A DNA stretch of 64,000 bases from Coniocarpon cinnabarinum (lineage: Eukaryota): positions 62,001 through 126,000 of the forward strand of contig JAVECO010000037.1 in NCBI GenBank assembly GCA_051942205.1, in the 5' to 3' direction. Both the position numbers and the translations under genes were made by a program. This document shows positions 61,563-64,000 of the stretch, one piece after another (the first letter of the stretch is position 1; the number at the start of each line of letters is the position of its first letter). The notes below the pieces were generated by a model. The model ran no database searches and was not told the DNA's origin. It saw only the letters and a list, made by a program, of their open reading frames with translations.

Positions 61563-62376
61563 TCATGGCGTCGCCCTTCTCAGTTCGAGCATCTCTTCAG
61601 AGGCTATCTTGCGCTTCCTCAGCTCTTCAACATACGCCTTCCAGTCAGTACAAACGTGCTCAGGGCCACGTAGATCCAGCGTCGGGGCAGCATTCTCGCC
61701 AGAATGGAAGCCCATGAGCGCCGTATCAGGCCTACACATGATGGCTTGCCGCAGCAGCTCAATGCAGTGATCTAGTCAGACTCAGCGCAAATCAAGACCA
61801 TCGTCAACACATAACCGACTCACCCATGTGCACGAGCCAGTGCTGCTCTTCGTCGGGCCCAAGATGTGGGAGATACTGCTCGCGATACACCCACTTGCGG
61901 ATGCGTTTGACGCAGTGCAGCTGATGCAGAGCTTCGGGCCAGGCCAAGTAGCCTCCACGTGGGAGAGGTACCGAAGTGAGATTTTGTGCGCTCAGTTCAT
62001 CGGCTGATACGCGGATGTTAATGTTTGCGAGGAGATCATTCCAGGCGTTGTCCGTTTCCACTGATCGATTTCCCGCGAAAAGGCTTTCAGCTGCGATTGT
62101 AAAGTTGAGGCTGTAGCTGTCTGCTTGTTGAAGCCCTGATACTCATTAGCTATTGCGCGCAAGCCATATTTACCATCATGGTGTCATGCCTCTCAATCCG
62201 TGTTTCGAGTTTAGGAGCAGGACAAAGGATGCTGTGTAGAGTGTGAAAATGAGCGTATGCATCAGAAATGCAGCCTTGTGAAGCCTCCATGTTTGGACTC
62301 TTCGCGCAGGGGCAGATACTTCACCGAGGAACGGCTCTTTTGCAGGGTCTAGGTTCGGTTGCGAGAAGGTCTTCAT
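61563..62376 (-). CDS. DUF3328/UstYa-family oxidase (~235 aa, 3 exons)
   Basis: Exons 62376-62190, 62135-61824 and 61771-61563. Single N-terminal TM helix, DNAW, GGYLA..EALHQLHC..RIRK, HM|DHCIELLRQAIMC.PD, H.C.DW. Both HxxHC motifs are present. Confidence 0.92.
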
Positions 62377-62877
62377 AGCTAAAAACGGTGCATGGAGGAT
62401 GCTCAGAAGAAGAAACAGAAGACGGCACAGTGGATGACGTTGTGCGCAACTGTTGCAACCTTACATCGCCTGACCGTTAGCAAGAGGCAAGAGTGGCTGT
62501 GTAACAACAAGTCGAAATGATACGAGTCGGACCGACAGCCTCCAAGGGTCACAACTGATCGTGGGGTAGAGAAGCCGGTACCACTAGATGGGTATTTCAG
62601 AGCTCGAGCATTGATTCGCCTCGTACCATGCCTCTAGGAGCTCATAGGCCACTCAACGTCTCGAATATGCCTCGCGCAATTTGTCGCCCAGATCTTGGAA
62701 AAAGCCTGACCCCGCTGCCATGGGATGGCTTGAACGTCGGCTTCCTTCCTTGGGGTCTCGTTAATGGCAAAAGATATGTAAGCGCCGTCTTCTTCAAACC
62801 ATTCGCAAAAATCTCCGCTCAATCGATGACCTAAACCACCCATTTCACGCGTCTTGCAGCCTCAATTTCTAAAGACC

Positions 62878-63296
62878 ATGAAATTTGGCATTGCACTGCT
62901 GGCTCTCGCAGCGCATGGGGCTTTTGCGTTGACGGCACCAATACTCAATCTCGGTAAGTAAATTAGAAGTATTTGCCTTTGTAATTTGCTAAAAATGCCC
63001 TTTACGAAGTAGCTACAGATGTTGGCGATTCCGATCTTCCTAGGCCGCAAATGAACGTGGCAACTCGCTCGTACAATTCAGATGTCGAAAGCCCAGGTGC
63101 ACATGTCAATGCAAGAGTTGGGACCGCGCAAGAAGACGACGACATGGTTGCTTGGCCAGACTACCGCAAAAGAGAGGATGATGCTGGAGATGTGGAGAGC
63201 GAGGACGAGATGGTTGCTTGGCCCGACTATCGCAAGCGGGCGGAGAGCGTTGACGAAGAGGACGACATGGTGGCTTGGCCAGACTACCGAAGCTAG
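62878..63296 (+). CDS. Kex2-processed repeat protein / dikaritin RiPP precursor (~119 aa) with three MVAWPDY cores
   Basis: Signal peptide MKFGIALLALAAHGAFA and intron 62954-63012. Repeats EDDDMVAWPDYRKR, EDEMVAWPDYRKR, EEDDMVAWPDYRS*. Confidence 0.9.
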
Positions 63297-64000
63297 ACCA
63301 ATGCAGCATACTGAACGGGTTGGCAGGTTGAAATCCACAAATACTCTTCTTTGGCCTTCGGTTTCATTGCGCCCACTGCTTACTATCATTGGAGCAGCAA
63401 GTCTTTGTTAGCAAGTCAACATGCTGATCTGCAGTGGAGTGGTAATGCAGGGCGCACGGGCAGGACAGGGGAGTGCCCTAGCAGTGAGCACAGTGTGCGG
63501 AGGACAACAATCAGCCTGCCTGCAACGATCTCCCATGCAAGGAAGCACCTACCTTGCACGAGCGACAGCCAGCCACAAGTTTCGAGCTCCGTTATGATCC
63601 ACATCCGGCAAATTTTTTGCCTGCGGCTGTGCGCTTCTCGCCGGCTACATGTTTACGCCTTCCAGTGCCGCCCTGCAACATGAGCGACAGTACCGCTAAG
63701 CTGCGCGTGCCACAAAAGGTCGTACTGCAGGACTCTGTGGCCATAGCTTGAAACATGAAACTTCCACCAGACGTAGAGGCGAGCAGAAAAGGCGTGGCGT
63801 TGCCTTTGCAAATGCTCCACATTCTCAAGATCGCGAAACGAACCAACGCCGCTGCTTCTCTTCAGCATGGATCACAAACATAGTCCACGAGGACTCCACT
63901 ATGGCTATTCCAAAGCGAATCTGGGTATCAGCATCGTATTTGGTTTTCTCGCTTTGGTCGCCGTTTGTTTGAGGGTTCTTGCGCGCCGCATGAGTGGGTT

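Noticed and set aside
63300..64000. Additional RiPP tailoring gene downstream of the precursor
   Set aside because: None of the frames shows HxxHC, transporter or peptidase motifs; further genes may lie beyond the window.

Overview
Gene-dense, intron-containing segment of a filamentous ascomycete (Pezizomycotina-type) genome. Most of it is housekeeping or ordinary genes: FRS2 3' end, cofactor-independent phosphoglycerate mutase, MFS/MCT transporter, BuGZ/ZNF207-like zinc finger, ThDP-dependent enzyme, SLX4, GH43, F-box-like protein, small YqfO/Nif3-insert-like protein, D-serine dehydratase, NRT2 nitrate transporter, MON1, DOP1, DHR2-like helicase and an alpha/beta hydrolase. The most notable feature lies at the right end and is poorly captured by the ORF track: a divergent pair of a DUF3328/UstYa-family oxidase gene (needing a GC-AG intron) and a secreted Kex2-repeat precursor with three identical MVAWPDY cores. 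This is a candidate dikaritin-type fungal RiPP cluster with a Trp/Tyr core I do not recognise from known compounds. Also notable: three tandem, very divergent AIG2/GGCT-like paralogues that lack the catalytic motifs (one is missing from the ORF track), a GH43 with a triplicated N-glycosylation-rich Kex2 pro-region, an interstitial TTAGGG tract upstream of SLX4, and RIP-like AT-rich islands. All assignments come from motif recognition by eye; no database searches were run.
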